Notes: generated by a model from the sequence alone, not told the origin. A stretch of DNA of 64,000 bases from Abditibacterium sp. (GCA_965199495.1 CBDASK010000003.1:3552001-3616000), one strand, 5' to 3'; shown: positions 39,112 to 49,477, numbered from the stretch's first letter. Made by a program: numbers and translations.

Positions 39112-40311
39112 TCAGTGCCCGTTTTCTACCGGTTCAGTCACGATCAAAATATCAACTGTGCGTAATTCGCGCGTTAATTTGCTCAGAATGTCGCCGCGCA
39201 GCAGGTTTTGCCAGCGACTGCGGCTCGAATGACCCATCACAATTTGCGTGATTTCGTTTTCGCGCGCATAACGAATGAGTTCGTCGGCGATGTCGCCTTG
39301 CAACGTCGTGACGGGGATGTTCAACTGCCCTGCGAGCGCGAAATCACTTTCTAAAATTGTTTTCTCACGTTGATTTACCACGCGGTCAGCGACGTAAGCC
39401 GCGACGATTTCGCGGTCGGAGCGCTGGCTCATGCGCCAGCCACGGCGTAGCAGTCGCAGGCTCGAACTGGTTGGCGACAGGCAAACCAGAATGCGTTCGC
39501 CGGTTTGCCAGTGCGTCGCGATTTGTTTCTGTCTCCGGTAGTTGGTAACGTTTTGGTCTACGCCGTGCGCCGTTTCGCGGAGCGCAATTTCGCGCAAAGC
39601 CGACAAATTGCCTTCGCGAAAAAAATTGCCCAGCGCCGCCTCAACTTTATCGGGATGATAAATATCGCCGCGTTTGAGCCGGTTCATCAGCGCGCGCGGC
39701 GTGATGTCAATGATGGTGACTTCGTCGGCCTCGCGCACAACGCGGTCGGGAATCGTTTCGCGCACGCGCACGCCGGTGATATCGAAAACCGAATCGTTGA
39801 GGCTTTCCAAATGTTGAACATTGACCGCGCTCAAGACGCTAATGCCCGCTTCCAGCAAAACCTCGACATCCTGCCAACGTTTGGTATTTCGCGAACCGGG
39901 CATGTTGGTGTGCGCCAGCTCGTCCACCAGACAAATTTGCGGATGGCGCGCCAAAATCGCCCCAACGTTCATTTCCTGAAACGTGGCGCCGCGATATTCG
40001 ATGGTTTGTAAAGGCACGCTTTCGAGTTCGCCCAGTTGCGCAACCGTGCCCGCGCGTTTATGAGTTTCGACGAAGCCGATGACGACATCTTGTCCGCGCG
40101 CGCGGCGGCGATTGGCCTCTTCGAGCATGCGGTAAGTCTTGCCGACGCCCGCCGCGAAACCTAAATAGATTTTCAGGCGCCCACGCCCGTTAACCGGCCC
40201 GACGCGCGGCGCGTCTTCATCGAGCGCATCGGCGACGTGGCTGCTATCGAGCGCGACGATTCCGGCCTCGCGGTTGGCGAGTTGCAGCCATTCTTCGGGC
40301 GTTTTAGTCAT
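39112..40311 (-). CDS. kdpD: Stand-alone KdpD N-terminal (KdpD + USP domains) protein without TM or kinase domains
   Basis: GRLKIYLGFAAGVGKTY, LVDELAHTN, KRWQDV, NVQHLESLND, NFFREGNLSALRE; ends after the USP domain. Confidence 0.9.
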   Translation of the reverse strand: MTKTPEEWLQLANREAGIVALDSSHVADALDEDAPRVGPVNGRGRLKIYLGFAAGVGKTYRMLEEANRRRARGQDVVIGFVETHKRAGTVAQLGELESVPLQTIEYRGATFQEMNVGAILARHPQICLVDELAHTNMPGSRNTKRWQDVEVLLEAGISVLSAVNVQHLESLNDSVFDITGVRVRETIPDRVVREADEVTIIDITPRALMNRLKRGDIYHPDKVEAALGNFFREGNLSALREIALRETAHGVDQNVTNYRRQKQIATHWQTGERILVCLSPTSSSLRLLRRGWRMSQRSDREIVAAYVADRVVNQREKTILESDFALAGQLNIPVTTLQGDIADELIRYARENEITQIVMGHSSRSRWQNLLRGDILSKLTRELRTVDILIVTEPVENGH

Positions 40312-40338
40312 GGCGAAACAAAAGTAATGTCCGTCTGC

Positions 40339-40451
40339 AGAGCGAGAAATTATTAACCACAAAGAACACAAAAAACACAAATAGATTTCTGCAATTGCAC
40401 GCCGTTCTTCCATCCCTTCCATCTTTTTTGTGGTTAATAATTTCTCGCTCT
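40339..40451. repeat. Degenerate palindromic element of the TAACCACA family
   Basis: AGAGCGAGAAATTATTAACCACAAA...TTTGTGGTTAATAATTTCTCGCTCT. Confidence 0.75.
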
Positions 40452-40460
40452 AAAATAAAT

Positions 40461-41201
40461 TCAGCGTGTTAAAACCGCGTCCATCCAGCGGCGCAGATTC
40501 GATGGCAATTCTTCCATGCGCAGTTCGCCATTGGGCGGCGGCGTGGCGTTTTGCCACAGATAATTGGCCAGCGCCTCTTCGCCCAACCAGAGCCAGAAAC
40601 GGTCGCTTTCTTCTAACGTCTCGCGGTCGGCGTGAGCGTAAACCAACTCCATGAAGAACGCCGGAAAACTCACGCGACACGCGACGCCCTCGCCCGCCGC
40701 CTGACGAATGATAAAGCGATGAATCAATGCGCCATCATCGGCGCCGTGGTCAGGCGTCTCGCTTGCCGCTTCGATGCGAAATCCGTTGACCGCCACGCCT
40801 GCGGGCGCCGCGAAATCGTCGTGCGAAACCGATGGCGCATCCTCGCTCAAAGCCGTAGCCACGGCGGCGCGTAGCACATCGGTGGTGAACGGTTTGCGCA
40901 AAAAATTAACGGCTCCAGCGCGTTGGGCTTCGAGCGCCAAATCAACCGTGCCGAACGCCGTCACCATAATCACGCGCGCATCGGGGCGGCGCGATTTCAT
41001 GGCGCGTAGCACCTCGATACCTTCCATCTGCGGCATCCGATGATCGAGCAAAGTTAAATCGAAAGCGGTGCCGTCGCCCCACTGTTCGAGCGCGTCGGGG
41101 CCATCGGCGGCAGTGGCGATGATGTGCCCGTCTTTTTGCAGCGCGATCCGCAGCATGAGGCGGATGTTGCTTTCGTCGTCAACGATGAGTATGTTGGCCA
41201 T
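40461..41201 (-). CDS. Response regulator: receiver plus unrecognised C-terminal domain
   Basis: ILIVDD, LLDHRMP, TAFG, KPF; no recognisable wHTH. Confidence 0.88.
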   Translation of the reverse strand: MANILIVDDESNIRLMLRIALQKDGHIIATAADGPDALEQWGDGTAFDLTLLDHRMPQMEGIEVLRAMKSRRPDARVIMVTAFGTVDLALEAQRAGAVNFLRKPFTTDVLRAAVATALSEDAPSVSHDDFAAPAGVAVNGFRIEAASETPDHGADDGALIHRFIIRQAAGEGVACRVSFPAFFMELVYAHADRETLEESDRFWLWLGEEALANYLWQNATPPPNGELRMEELPSNLRRWMDAVLTR

Positions 41202-41242
41202 GAGGGGTTAAACGTATCGCTCGCTGTAAGGTGCGGCGCTTT

Positions 41243-42073
41243 CTACGACGACACTCCCAAACTCCGAAAGAACTCGCTCCACGATGAGATGCCCAGTCGC
41301 CTCACTTTCACCGTTTGCGGCACTTCATAAACCGCCAGAGTATTCGGTGGTTGGCGCGCGTTCACGGCGAGATAGTTAATCAAAGTTTGACCGCACAGTT
41401 CGTCCCAAAACGCGTCGTCAGGGCCGATTGCATATCCAACTTCGGCTTCGATTTGCGCCTGAATGTGCGGCGTCACGCCCACGAAGCAACCGATATAATC
41501 GCCATTGGGCACGCGCAGTTGATACATGCGGCCCGACCCGAATTCTGCCGGATGTTGGTGCGCGATGTTCGGGTCTTTTTGCGACTGCTCGGCGGGCCAG
41601 AAGGTAAAACCGTTCATGCTCCACGAACGCGCGGGCAACTTATAACCTTCTTGTCCCGGTTTCGCCAACATCTGCGCCGGGTCGGCGTGGCTGGTGCCGT
41701 CGCCCACGCGCAATTTCTCCAGCGCGACTTTGACGACATCGCGCAAAGTATCGGTTGTGAACGGCTTGCGCAGGAAATCGAGCGCGCCGATTTGCATGAC
41801 CCGCGAGGCGAGTTCGGGCGTGGCGAACGCCGTCATCATCACGATGCGTGCGGTGGGATCAATGGCGTGGGCGCGGGCGACAAATTCGTCGCCGGTCAGT
41901 TCGGGCATCTGCTGGTCAACGAGCGTTAAATCCCACGCGGAGCCATCATCGAATTTTTCGAGGCCCAGCGCGCCATTTTCGGCTTGCGTAATTTCATGGC
42001 CCTGCGCTTTAAGCGTCAGTTCGACCATTTTGCGAATGTTTTTGGTGTCGTCCACCACTAAAATTTGTGCCAT
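41243..42073 (-). CDS. Response regulator paralogous to 40461-41201
   Basis: ILVVDD, LVDQQMP, TAFA, KPF; similar C-terminal domain. Confidence 0.88.
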   Translation of the reverse strand: MAQILVVDDTKNIRKMVELTLKAQGHEITQAENGALGLEKFDDGSAWDLTLVDQQMPELTGDEFVARAHAIDPTARIVMMTAFATPELASRVMQIGALDFLRKPFTTDTLRDVVKVALEKLRVGDGTSHADPAQMLAKPGQEGYKLPARSWSMNGFTFWPAEQSQKDPNIAHQHPAEFGSGRMYQLRVPNGDYIGCFVGVTPHIQAQIEAEVGYAIGPDDAFWDELCGQTLINYLAVNARQPPNTLAVYEVPQTVKVRRLGISSWSEFFRSLGVSS

Positions 42074-42085
42074 TATTTATCTCCC

Positions 42086-43906
42086 TTAACTTTGCGCCTC
42101 CAACTCAAACCAGAATTCGCTGCCCTGACCCGCCTCGCTCTTAACTTGAATTTCGCCGCCGTGCGCGCCGACAATCGTCCGCGAAATCGGCAAACCTAAC
42201 CCCGCGCCGCCGCCCGTGGCGCCTGGCACTTGCACGAAACGCTCGAATATTCGATCCAAGAACTCGGCGGGAATGCCCCCGCCTTCGTCTTTGACGCGGA
42301 ATACGACTTTGCCCGCCTCAACGTCCTGTGCCTCGACGATAACGGTTCCTTCGTTGGGCGAATGGCGCACGGCATTATTAAGTAAATTCAGCAAAACGCG
42401 CCCGATTTGCACGCGGTCGGCGCGCACGAGCGGTAAATCGGCGCGTGAAAACGTTTGGATTTGCACGCCCTTGCCGCGAGCAGCCACGGCGACATCGTGA
42501 GCGGCGTTATCAATTAATTCGCGCGGCGCGATCCACTCGAAACGCGGCGGATTGGCGCCCGCTTCCATGCGCGTCAAATCCAATAAATCGCGCAATAGAG
42601 CGTCGAGGCGCAGCAAGTCTTCGCGTTGCGCCCGCACAACTTCCATTTGATCGGCTGTGAGTTCTCCAACCGCGCCTTCTTCCAATAATTGCGCGCTCAG
42701 CAAGAGCGAAGTCACCGGCGTGCGCAGTTCGTGCGAGGCGACGCCGATGAATTCGGTTTTCATGCGGTCGAGCGACTGCAAATGTGTCACGTCTTCCAGC
42801 ACAGCGGTGGCGCCCAAAACTGTTTCATCGTCAATCATTGGCGTGGCGCGCAGACGATAAATGCGTTGCGTATCGCCGCTCTCGATTGTCACCAATCCTG
42901 CGGCGCCTTCTTCGGCGGAGGTTTCGCGTGAGACGATGGCGCGCTCGATAGCGCCCACGATTTTCGGTTGGTCTACTGCTTTAGCGAGCGGCATTCCGGC
43001 CAATTTCGACTCCGGCCCGAATAAGCCCTGCGCGGCTTTGTTCAAATGAACGAGGGTGCGCGTCGCATCGGTGACTAAGACGGGATCGAAGAGATTTTCG
43101 AGCGCGGCGTCGGACATTTTCTGCGCGCGATGCAGACGCAAATCCTGATCGCGTTTGGCTTCGCGCAGTTTGGCGACCATATCGTTGAAGGTACGCGCCA
43201 ATAGTCCGATTTCGTCGTCGCGCCGCAGTTCGATAGTGCGATTGAGATGTCCCGCGCCGACCTGTTCGGCTTCCATCGCGAGCGCCATCAGTGGCGTCAA
43301 AGCCAGATTGACGGCGCGGCGCGCGAACCAGATCGCCAAGCCGAGCGCCACGAGCGTGAACAGCGCGCCCAGCCACGCCGCCTGACGCGCATCGCGTTTG
43401 GCGCGCGCGTCGGCGCGCAGAATCGCGTTTTGGTTCAAGTCCAAAATCCGCTGGGCGCGCGCTTTGTTGGCGCGAAACAATGGCTCCAGTTCGGCGAAGT
43501 AGAACGCGCTGCCATTTTTCTTGTCGCCACGAAGCAGCGCCTCCGTTTGATTGCGATAACGTTCGTAACCGCGCGCCAGTTCGTCGGCGGTTTCGCGTTC
43601 GTCGGCCTCGGTAATATTGGCGCGCTCAGCCTTGAGCGCGCCCTGAAAAATCGGCGTATTGCGCTCGAACTGCGCGCGCGCCTTTTCTCTTTGCCCGGCC
43701 AGATAAAACGTGGCGGCGCTATCCTGCCGTTCGAGCGCTTCTTTCATGGTTTGGGCGACAACGACGCTCTGGTAGTTGTCGCGAAAGATGCGATCAATGC
43801 TGTTGCCCAGCCGCAGGAAATTGACGACCGCGCCCGCCATCATCAGCGCCATCAGCGCGACGAGCGCGAGGTGCGAGCCGAATAATTGGGTGCGCAGAGA
43901 TTTCAT
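42086..43906 (-). CDS. Sensor histidine kinase (TM, helical sensor, TM, HAMP, PAS, HisKA, HATPase)
   Basis: ASHELRTP, NLLNNA, DEGGGI, GAGLGL. Confidence 0.92.
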   Translation of the reverse strand: MKSLRTQLFGSHLALVALMALMMAGAVVNFLRLGNSIDRIFRDNYQSVVVAQTMKEALERQDSAATFYLAGQREKARAQFERNTPIFQGALKAERANITEADERETADELARGYERYRNQTEALLRGDKKNGSAFYFAELEPLFRANKARAQRILDLNQNAILRADARAKRDARQAAWLGALFTLVALGLAIWFARRAVNLALTPLMALAMEAEQVGAGHLNRTIELRRDDEIGLLARTFNDMVAKLREAKRDQDLRLHRAQKMSDAALENLFDPVLVTDATRTLVHLNKAAQGLFGPESKLAGMPLAKAVDQPKIVGAIERAIVSRETSAEEGAAGLVTIESGDTQRIYRLRATPMIDDETVLGATAVLEDVTHLQSLDRMKTEFIGVASHELRTPVTSLLLSAQLLEEGAVGELTADQMEVVRAQREDLLRLDALLRDLLDLTRMEAGANPPRFEWIAPRELIDNAAHDVAVAARGKGVQIQTFSRADLPLVRADRVQIGRVLLNLLNNAVRHSPNEGTVIVEAQDVEAGKVVFRVKDEGGGIPAEFLDRIFERFVQVPGATGGGAGLGLPISRTIVGAHGGEIQVKSEAGQGSEFWFELEAQS

Positions 43907-43954
43907 TCTGGTGTGGAGTTTGGTTGTTGTCGCTTGACGCGTTTTGCGTGCCCC

Positions 43955-44074
43955 GTAGAGACACCGACCGGGTGCCCTCTGGGCGGATATCTAAACGTTC
44001 GATTTGCCTCTTCGTTGAAGCAATTTAGACATTTTTAGACATCCGCCCAGAGGGCACCCGGTCGGTGTCTCTAC
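43955..44074. repeat. GTAG-tagged REP doublet
   Basis: 34-bp perfect arms GTAGAGACACCGACCGGGTGCCCTCTGGGCGGAT. Confidence 0.85.
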
Positions 44075-44114
44075 AGGGCGTTCGGAAATTATTACCAATG
44101 GCGCCCAATAAATA

Positions 44115-44711
44115 TTATTTTGCGCCGTCCAAAGCCAGATTCAATTCCAGCACATTTACGCCCGCTTCGCCCAAAACGCCCAATCCGCGCGCTTGCGTAT
44201 TCGCCGCGATTAACGCGCGCACTTTGCTTTCGTCCAAACCGCGCGCCTTAGCCACGCGTGGCGCTTGAAGCGCGGCGTTTGCGGGCGAAATCTGCGGGTC
44301 TAAACCCGACGCGCTACGCGTAACGGCATCAACCGGCACGTTGGCGTTGGCGACCAAACTATTTTCGCGGCGATACTTTGCCGCCAACTGTTTCACGCCG
44401 TCGAATGAGCCATCTTTGGCGCCATTGATGAGCTTGTCGGAAGTCGGGCCGAGGTTGGTGCCGCCCGACGTGGCTGCATCGTAGCCCTCGCCCGCCGCGC
44501 TGGGGCGCGGGTGGAAATATTGCGGCGCGCTAAAGTTTTGACCGATCAAGCGCGAGCCGACAATTTTGCCGTCGCGCTGAATCAGCGAGCCGTCGGCCTG
44601 ATTGGGCATGGCGACTTGCGCGATGGCAGTGACGATGGCCGGAAATACGAGGCCAAAAAGTAAGGTGAACGCCAGCACGGAAACGAGGGCGGGACGGAGA
44701 AGTTTGAGCAT
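44115..44711 (-). CDS. kdpC: K+-transporting ATPase subunit C
   Basis: GSRLIGQ, YFHPRPSAAG, SASGLDPQIS, VNVLELNLALD. Confidence 0.95.
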   Translation of the reverse strand: MLKLLRPALVSVLAFTLLFGLVFPAIVTAIAQVAMPNQADGSLIQRDGKIVGSRLIGQNFSAPQYFHPRPSAAGEGYDAATSGGTNLGPTSDKLINGAKDGSFDGVKQLAAKYRRENSLVANANVPVDAVTRSASGLDPQISPANAALQAPRVAKARGLDESKVRALIAANTQARGLGVLGEAGVNVLELNLALDGAK

Positions 44712-44740
44712 GGGAGTTTGTGAATTGAGATTTGCAATCC

Positions 44741-44836
44741 AATGTAGGGACATGGCCTGCCATGTCCGAAACGTAACGGTCGCGCTTTGTGGGAGCGATT
44801 ATCACGCGTGGACATGGCAGGCCATGTCCCTACATT
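44741..44836. repeat. GTAG-tagged REP doublet
   Basis: 27-bp perfect arms AATGTAGGGACATGGCCTGCCATGTCC. Confidence 0.85.
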
Positions 44837-44842
44837 TTGGGA

Positions 44843-46897
44843 TTACGCCAAATGGAACAACACCAACATCTTATCGAGTAACAAAATGCACGGAAACGGC
44901 ACCAGCAAACCGCCCAATCCGTAGATCAGCAAGTTGCGTTGCAGCGTTTTAGCGGCGCTCATCGGCTTGTAGGGCACGCCTTTGAGCGCGAGGGGAATTA
45001 GCGCGACGATAATTAGCGCATTAAAAATAACCGCCGCCAAAATCGCACTGCGCGCGTTGGTCAGGCCGATGAAGTTGAGCGCCTGAAGTTGCGGGAATGT
45101 CGCCACGAACATCGCCGGGATGATGGCGAAATATTTCGCCACATCGTTGGCAATCGAAAAAGTCGTCAAGGCGCCGCGCGTCATCAGCAAGCCTTTGCCG
45201 ATGCCGACGACTTCGATGAGTTTGGTCGGATCGCTGTCCAAATCCACCATGTTGCCAGCTTCTTTGGCGGCCTGCGTGCCCGTGTTCATCGCGACGCCAA
45301 CGTCGGCTTGCGCGAGGGCGGGCGCGTCGTTGGTTCCGTCGCCGGTCATGGCGACCAGTTTGCCGTCGGCCTGTTCTTTTTTGATCAGCTCCATCTTGTC
45401 TTCCGGCGTGGCTTGCGCCAGAAAATCGTCAACGCCCGCCTCGGCGGCGATAGATTTCGCCGTCAACGGGTTGTCGCCCGTAATCATCACGGTGCGGATG
45501 CCCATCGCGCGCATCTCATCGAAGCGCTCGCGCATTCCAGTTTTTACCACGTCTTTCAGATAAATCACGCCCAAAACGCGGTTGCCGCTCGCCACGCCCA
45601 ACGGCGTGCCGCCGACCTGCGAAATGCGCGTGACCTGCGCGTCAAATTCGGGCGGCACGCTGCCCCCATTGTTTTCGACCCATGCTTTCACCGAATCGCC
45701 CGCGCCCTTGCGCACGCTCGTTCCGCCATAATCCACGCCGCTCATGCGCGTTTGCGCGGTGAACTCGATCCACTCGGCGCCGGGAATCGAACTCTGCTCA
45801 CGGTCGCCCAAGCCGTATTTCTCGCGCGCCAAAACCAGAATCGAACGGCCTTCGGGCGTCTCGTCGGCCAGACTCGACAGTTGCGCGGCATCGGCGATTT
45901 CGCGTTCGGAGACGCCGGGCATCGCAGCGAACTCCGCCGCCTGCCGGTTGCCGTAGGTAATCGTGCCGGTTTTATCGAGCAAAAGCGTGTTGACATCGCC
46001 CGCCGCTTCGACGGCTTTGCCCGACATCGCCAAAACATTATGCTGCATCACGCGATCCATGCCCGCGATGCCGATGGCGCTCAAAAGTCCGCCAATCGTC
46101 GTCGGAATCAAGCAAACCAAAAGCGCCACCAAGACCGCAATCGTCGGAGCGACGCCTTGGCCCGCCGCGCGAACCGAATAGTTAGCGAACGGCAAGAGTG
46201 TGACGACGGCCAACAGAAACACGATAGTCAAACCCGACAGCAGAATCGAAAGCGCGATTTCGTTGGGCGTCTTCTGACGTTGCGCGCCCTCGACGAGCGA
46301 AATCATGCGATCCAGAAACGACTCGCCGGGGTTCTGCGTGATGCGAACCACGATGCGGTCACTGAGAACTTTGGTGCCGCCGGTCACGGCGCTGCGGTCG
46401 CCGCCCGATTCGCGGATGACGGGCGCTGATTCGCCGGTGATGGCCGACTCGTCCACAGCAGCCACGCCCTCAATAACCTCGCCATCGCCGGGAACGCCAT
46501 CGCCCACCTCGCAGACGACGATGTCGCCTTTGCGCAGTTCGGCGGCGGCCACGATTTCTTCTTTGCCGTCGGTCAAACGGCGCGCGTTCGATTGCGTTTT
46601 GGCTTTGCGCAGCGTATCAGCCTGCGCTTTTCCGCGCCCTTCGGCGATAGCTTCGGCGAAGTTGGCGAAGGTCACAGTGAACCACAGCCACAAAGCGATC
46701 TGACCAGTAAAGAGCGCGTCGCCGTGGCTGCTTAAATCGGCCACCCACAGGTAAGTCGTGACGACGGAGCCGACGTAAACCACGAACATCACGGGATTTT
46801 TGGCGACGGCGCGCGGGTCGAGTTTGCGAATCGCATCGCCCGCCGCGCGTTTAAGAATGGCGCCGTCGAGGAGCGAAGCGGAAGTTTTGTTGTTCAT
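44843..46897 (-). CDS. kdpB: K+-transporting P-type ATPase subunit B
   Basis: TGES, IPTTIG, DKTGT, TGDN, GDGTND. Confidence 0.97.
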   Translation of the reverse strand: MNNKTSASLLDGAILKRAAGDAIRKLDPRAVAKNPVMFVVYVGSVVTTYLWVADLSSHGDALFTGQIALWLWFTVTFANFAEAIAEGRGKAQADTLRKAKTQSNARRLTDGKEEIVAAAELRKGDIVVCEVGDGVPGDGEVIEGVAAVDESAITGESAPVIRESGGDRSAVTGGTKVLSDRIVVRITQNPGESFLDRMISLVEGAQRQKTPNEIALSILLSGLTIVFLLAVVTLLPFANYSVRAAGQGVAPTIAVLVALLVCLIPTTIGGLLSAIGIAGMDRVMQHNVLAMSGKAVEAAGDVNTLLLDKTGTITYGNRQAAEFAAMPGVSEREIADAAQLSSLADETPEGRSILVLAREKYGLGDREQSSIPGAEWIEFTAQTRMSGVDYGGTSVRKGAGDSVKAWVENNGGSVPPEFDAQVTRISQVGGTPLGVASGNRVLGVIYLKDVVKTGMRERFDEMRAMGIRTVMITGDNPLTAKSIAAEAGVDDFLAQATPEDKMELIKKEQADGKLVAMTGDGTNDAPALAQADVGVAMNTGTQAAKEAGNMVDLDSDPTKLIEVVGIGKGLLMTRGALTTFSIANDVAKYFAIIPAMFVATFPQLQALNFIGLTNARSAILAAVIFNALIIVALIPLALKGVPYKPMSAAKTLQRNLLIYGLGGLLVPFPCILLLDKMLVLFHLA

Positions 46898-46920
46898 TTG
46901 CGTATTATGAGTTGCAGTTG

Positions 46921-47024
46921 CCCCGTAGAGACGATGATTTATCACGTCTAAAACGTCAGGTTCTCTTTAAACGTAACGGCAACCCTTATGTTTTAGGCAC
47001 GATAAATCATCGTCTCTACAGGGG
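46921..47024. repeat. GTAG-tagged REP doublet
   Basis: GTAGAGACGATGATTTATC...GATAAATCATCGTCTCTAC. Confidence 0.85.
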
Positions 47025-47028
47025 TAAA

Positions 47029-48771
47029 TTAAAATGTTTTGCCTGCGCCCATCAGGAAGTGTTCGACGATTGGCCCCAGCGCCAAAACGGGAAAGTAAGT
47101 CAGCGCGCCGACGATGATTATCACGCCGCACAAGACCGCTACGAAAGTTCCGGTATCGGTCGGAAAAGTGCCGAGAGTCACCGGCGAAAACCTCTTGCGC
47201 GCCAGACTTCCGGCGATGGCCAACAGCGGGATAATCATCAGAAAGCGCCCGATGAGCATGGCGATTCCCATCGTCACGTTGTAAAACGGCGTGTTGGCGC
47301 TAAAGCCCGCGAAGGCCGAGCCATTGTTACCCGTTGCGCTGGTGAAAGCGTAGAGGATTTCGCTCAGGCCGTGTGGCCCGGTGTTGTTGACGTTGTTGAA
47401 AGTCGCGCCGTAAGCGCCGTTCAGCCCGCCGACCGGCAAGTTCAAGTTGGCGCCCAGCGCCGAAAAGCCCAGAATCGAAGCGGCTAGCACTAAAACGGCG
47501 AGCATCGCCATCTTGACTTCTTTGGCCTCGATCTTCTTGCCGATATATTCGGGCGTGCGCCCGACCATCAAGCCCGCGATGAAGACGGCGAGAATCGCGA
47601 ACATCAACATTCCGTAGAGTCCCGCGCCAACACCGCCGAAAATCACTTCGCCCGACAGCATATTGAGCAGCGGCACCAATCCGCCAATCGGTGTGAACGA
47701 ATCGTGCATCGCGTTGACGGCGCCGCAACTCGCGCCCGTCGTAATCGTGGCGAACAAAGCGGAATCGGCGATGCCGAATCGAGTTTCTTTGCCTTCCATG
47801 TTGCCGCCCGGCACGTTCAAACTGTGCATCAGCGGATTGCCAACGGCTTCGGCGTGGTAGCAGACGAAGGCACCGATTGTAAACAGCGCGAACATCGCGC
47901 CTAAAAGTGCCCAGCCTTGTTTGGTGTTGCCGACCATTACACCAAAGGTGTAAGTCAGCGCGGCGGGAATCAGGAAAATCGACAGCATCTGCACCATGTT
48001 GGAAAGCGGCGTCGGGTTTTCGTAGGGATGCGCGGAGTTGGCGTTGAAAAAGCCGCCGCCATTCGTGCCCAGCATTTTGATCGCTTCCTGCGAAGCGACT
48101 GGCCCTTGCGCGATGGTCTGTTTGGCGCCTTCTAAAGTTGTAACGTTGGTGTAGGCATTGAAGTTCTGCGGCACGCCCTGCGCGACCAAAACCAGCGCGT
48201 AGACCAGACAAATCGGCGCCAAAATATAAAGCAACGAGCGCGTGCAATCCACCCAGAACGAGCCGATGCCCGAACTTTCGCGGCGCGCGATGCCGCGCAC
48301 CAGACCGATACCCACCGCCATACCCGCCGCCGCGCTCATCCAATTGTGGATGGAAAGCGCGACCATTTGCGAGAAATAACTCATCGTCGTCTCGCCGCCG
48401 TAGGCTTGCCAGTTGGTGTTGGTGGTGAACGAAGCCGCCGTGTTGAACGCCAGATCGGGCGTCATTTGGGTGGCGCCGAAATGCTGCGGGTTGAAGGGCA
48501 AAAATCCCTGCAATCGCAGCAAAGAATAGGACAATAGCAGGCCCGCGACGCTAAAGGCGAGCAGTGAAAACGCGTATTGCTGCCACGTTTGGTCGTCGGC
48601 GTGGCTGATGCCGAAGGCGCGATAAAGGCCGTTTTCGAGCGGCGACAGAACCGGCGATAAAAAGGTGCGCTCACCCTGATAAACGCGGGCCATGTAGGCG
48701 CCCAGCGGTTTGACGGTGAGCAAAAGTAAGCCGCAAAACAGTAGGATTTGGAAAATTCCGTTGGTTGTCAT
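47029..48771 (-). CDS. kdpA: K+-transporting ATPase subunit A
   Basis: [24 protein letters not shown] selectivity-filter motifs. Confidence 0.97.
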   Translation of the reverse strand: MTTNGIFQILLFCGLLLLTVKPLGAYMARVYQGERTFLSPVLSPLENGLYRAFGISHADDQTWQQYAFSLLAFSVAGLLLSYSLLRLQGFLPFNPQHFGATQMTPDLAFNTAASFTTNTNWQAYGGETTMSYFSQMVALSIHNWMSAAAGMAVGIGLVRGIARRESSGIGSFWVDCTRSLLYILAPICLVYALVLVAQGVPQNFNAYTNVTTLEGAKQTIAQGPVASQEAIKMLGTNGGGFFNANSAHPYENPTPLSNMVQMLSIFLIPAALTYTFGVMVGNTKQGWALLGAMFALFTIGAFVCYHAEAVGNPLMHSLNVPGGNMEGKETRFGIADSALFATITTGASCGAVNAMHDSFTPIGGLVPLLNMLSGEVIFGGVGAGLYGMLMFAILAVFIAGLMVGRTPEYIGKKIEAKEVKMAMLAVLVLAASILGFSALGANLNLPVGGLNGAYGATFNNVNNTGPHGLSEILYAFTSATGNNGSAFAGFSANTPFYNVTMGIAMLIGRFLMIIPLLAIAGSLARKRFSPVTLGTFPTDTGTFVAVLCGVIIIVGALTYFPVLALGPIVEHFLMGAGKTF

Positions 48772-48777
48772 GGCGGT

Positions 48778-48864
48778 TTAGAAGTTCTCCGGTTTAAGCA
48801 GGGCATAGAGCAGGTAGCCAAGCAGGGCGAACGAAAGGATCGCCATTAAAATGAGGTTGAACAT
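48778..48864 (-). CDS. kdpF: K+-transporting ATPase subunit F (28 aa)
   Basis: MFNLILMAILSFALLGYLLYALLKPENF, carrying the YL.YAL..PE.F signature, directly upstream of kdpA. Confidence 0.9.
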   Translation of the reverse strand: MFNLILMAILSFALLGYLLYALLKPENF

Positions 48865-48877
48865 GAGAATTTTCGAT

Positions 48878-48968
48878 GCCCCGTAGAGACACCGACTTGT
48901 CGTGTCTAAACGTTAATTTGTAGTCAATCTAACGTTTTAGACACGACAAGCCGGTGTCTCTACGGGGC
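48878..48968. repeat. GTAG-tagged REP doublet
   Basis: GCCCCGTAGAGACACCGACTTGTCGTGTCTAAA...TTTAGACACGACAAGCCGGTGTCTCTACGGGGC. Confidence 0.85.
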
Positions 48969-48973
48969 GTAAT

Positions 48974-49057
48974 TTAGGCACCATCGCAGAAGCGAACGTA
49001 GAGCGCCATCGCGCCAAAACAAAGCAACGCGAGCGCGGTGTAAAGCAGATCGAGCAT
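48974..49057 (-). CDS. 27-aa hydrophobic peptide upstream of kdpF
   Basis: MLDLLYTALALLCFGAMALYVRFCDGA; GAGGAG SD, TGATG coupling to the upstream ORF. Confidence 0.7.
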   Translation of the reverse strand: MLDLLYTALALLCFGAMALYVRFCDGA

Positions 49058-49194
49058 CAGTTCCAATTCTCCTCGCCCTCGGCGTGGCTGGTGCGCGCGG
49101 CATACTCGCGTTGCGCTTTCGTCGGGTGCGTGTAGAGCCAAAACAGGCTCCCAAATGAAGCGGCGACAATCGCCACATCGTGCAAAATATCCAT
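49057..49194 (-). CDS. 45-aa single-TM peptide, first ORF of the kdp transcript
   Basis: MDILHDVAIVAASFGSLFWLY...EENWN; GGAGA SD. Confidence 0.55.
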   Translation of the reverse strand: MDILHDVAIVAASFGSLFWLYTHPTKAQREYAARTSHAEGEENWN

Positions 49195-49238
49195 AGTTGT
49201 CTCCGCGAACAACGCGATTTTCCAAAAACTCGCCGGGC

Positions 49239-49469
49239 AAACAAAAAGGGAGGCCGAAAAGCGCGTGTTCCTGAACAGAAAATTAAAATCTGTCGGTGGA
49301 AACGCTGCTTTTCGGCCTCCCTTTTGACGGGCCACGAATTGTCAAATGATCTCAATTCGTGGCCCTTCCAAACGGCAACCGTTAAAGTTGAAGCTTCGTG
49401 TTATTCAGTTGGCGCGCCGCTTTGGGCGCGACTTCATTTAGCATAGACCAAATTGGATTTGGCGCGCAA
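49239..49469 (-). promoter_or_regulatory. kdp promoter and structured leader with terminator-like hairpin (putative attenuator)
   Basis: Minus-strand TTGCGC-N18-TATGCT; 13-bp hairpin 49329-49365; 19-bp stem 49244-49325 ending in UUUUUGUUU. Confidence 0.6.
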
Positions 49470-49477
49470 GTGGGCGA

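Noticed and set aside
49195..49440. c-di-AMP (ydaO) riboswitch in the kdp leader
   Set aside because: I could not identify its conserved elements by eye; left as an unknown structured leader pending an Rfam scan.
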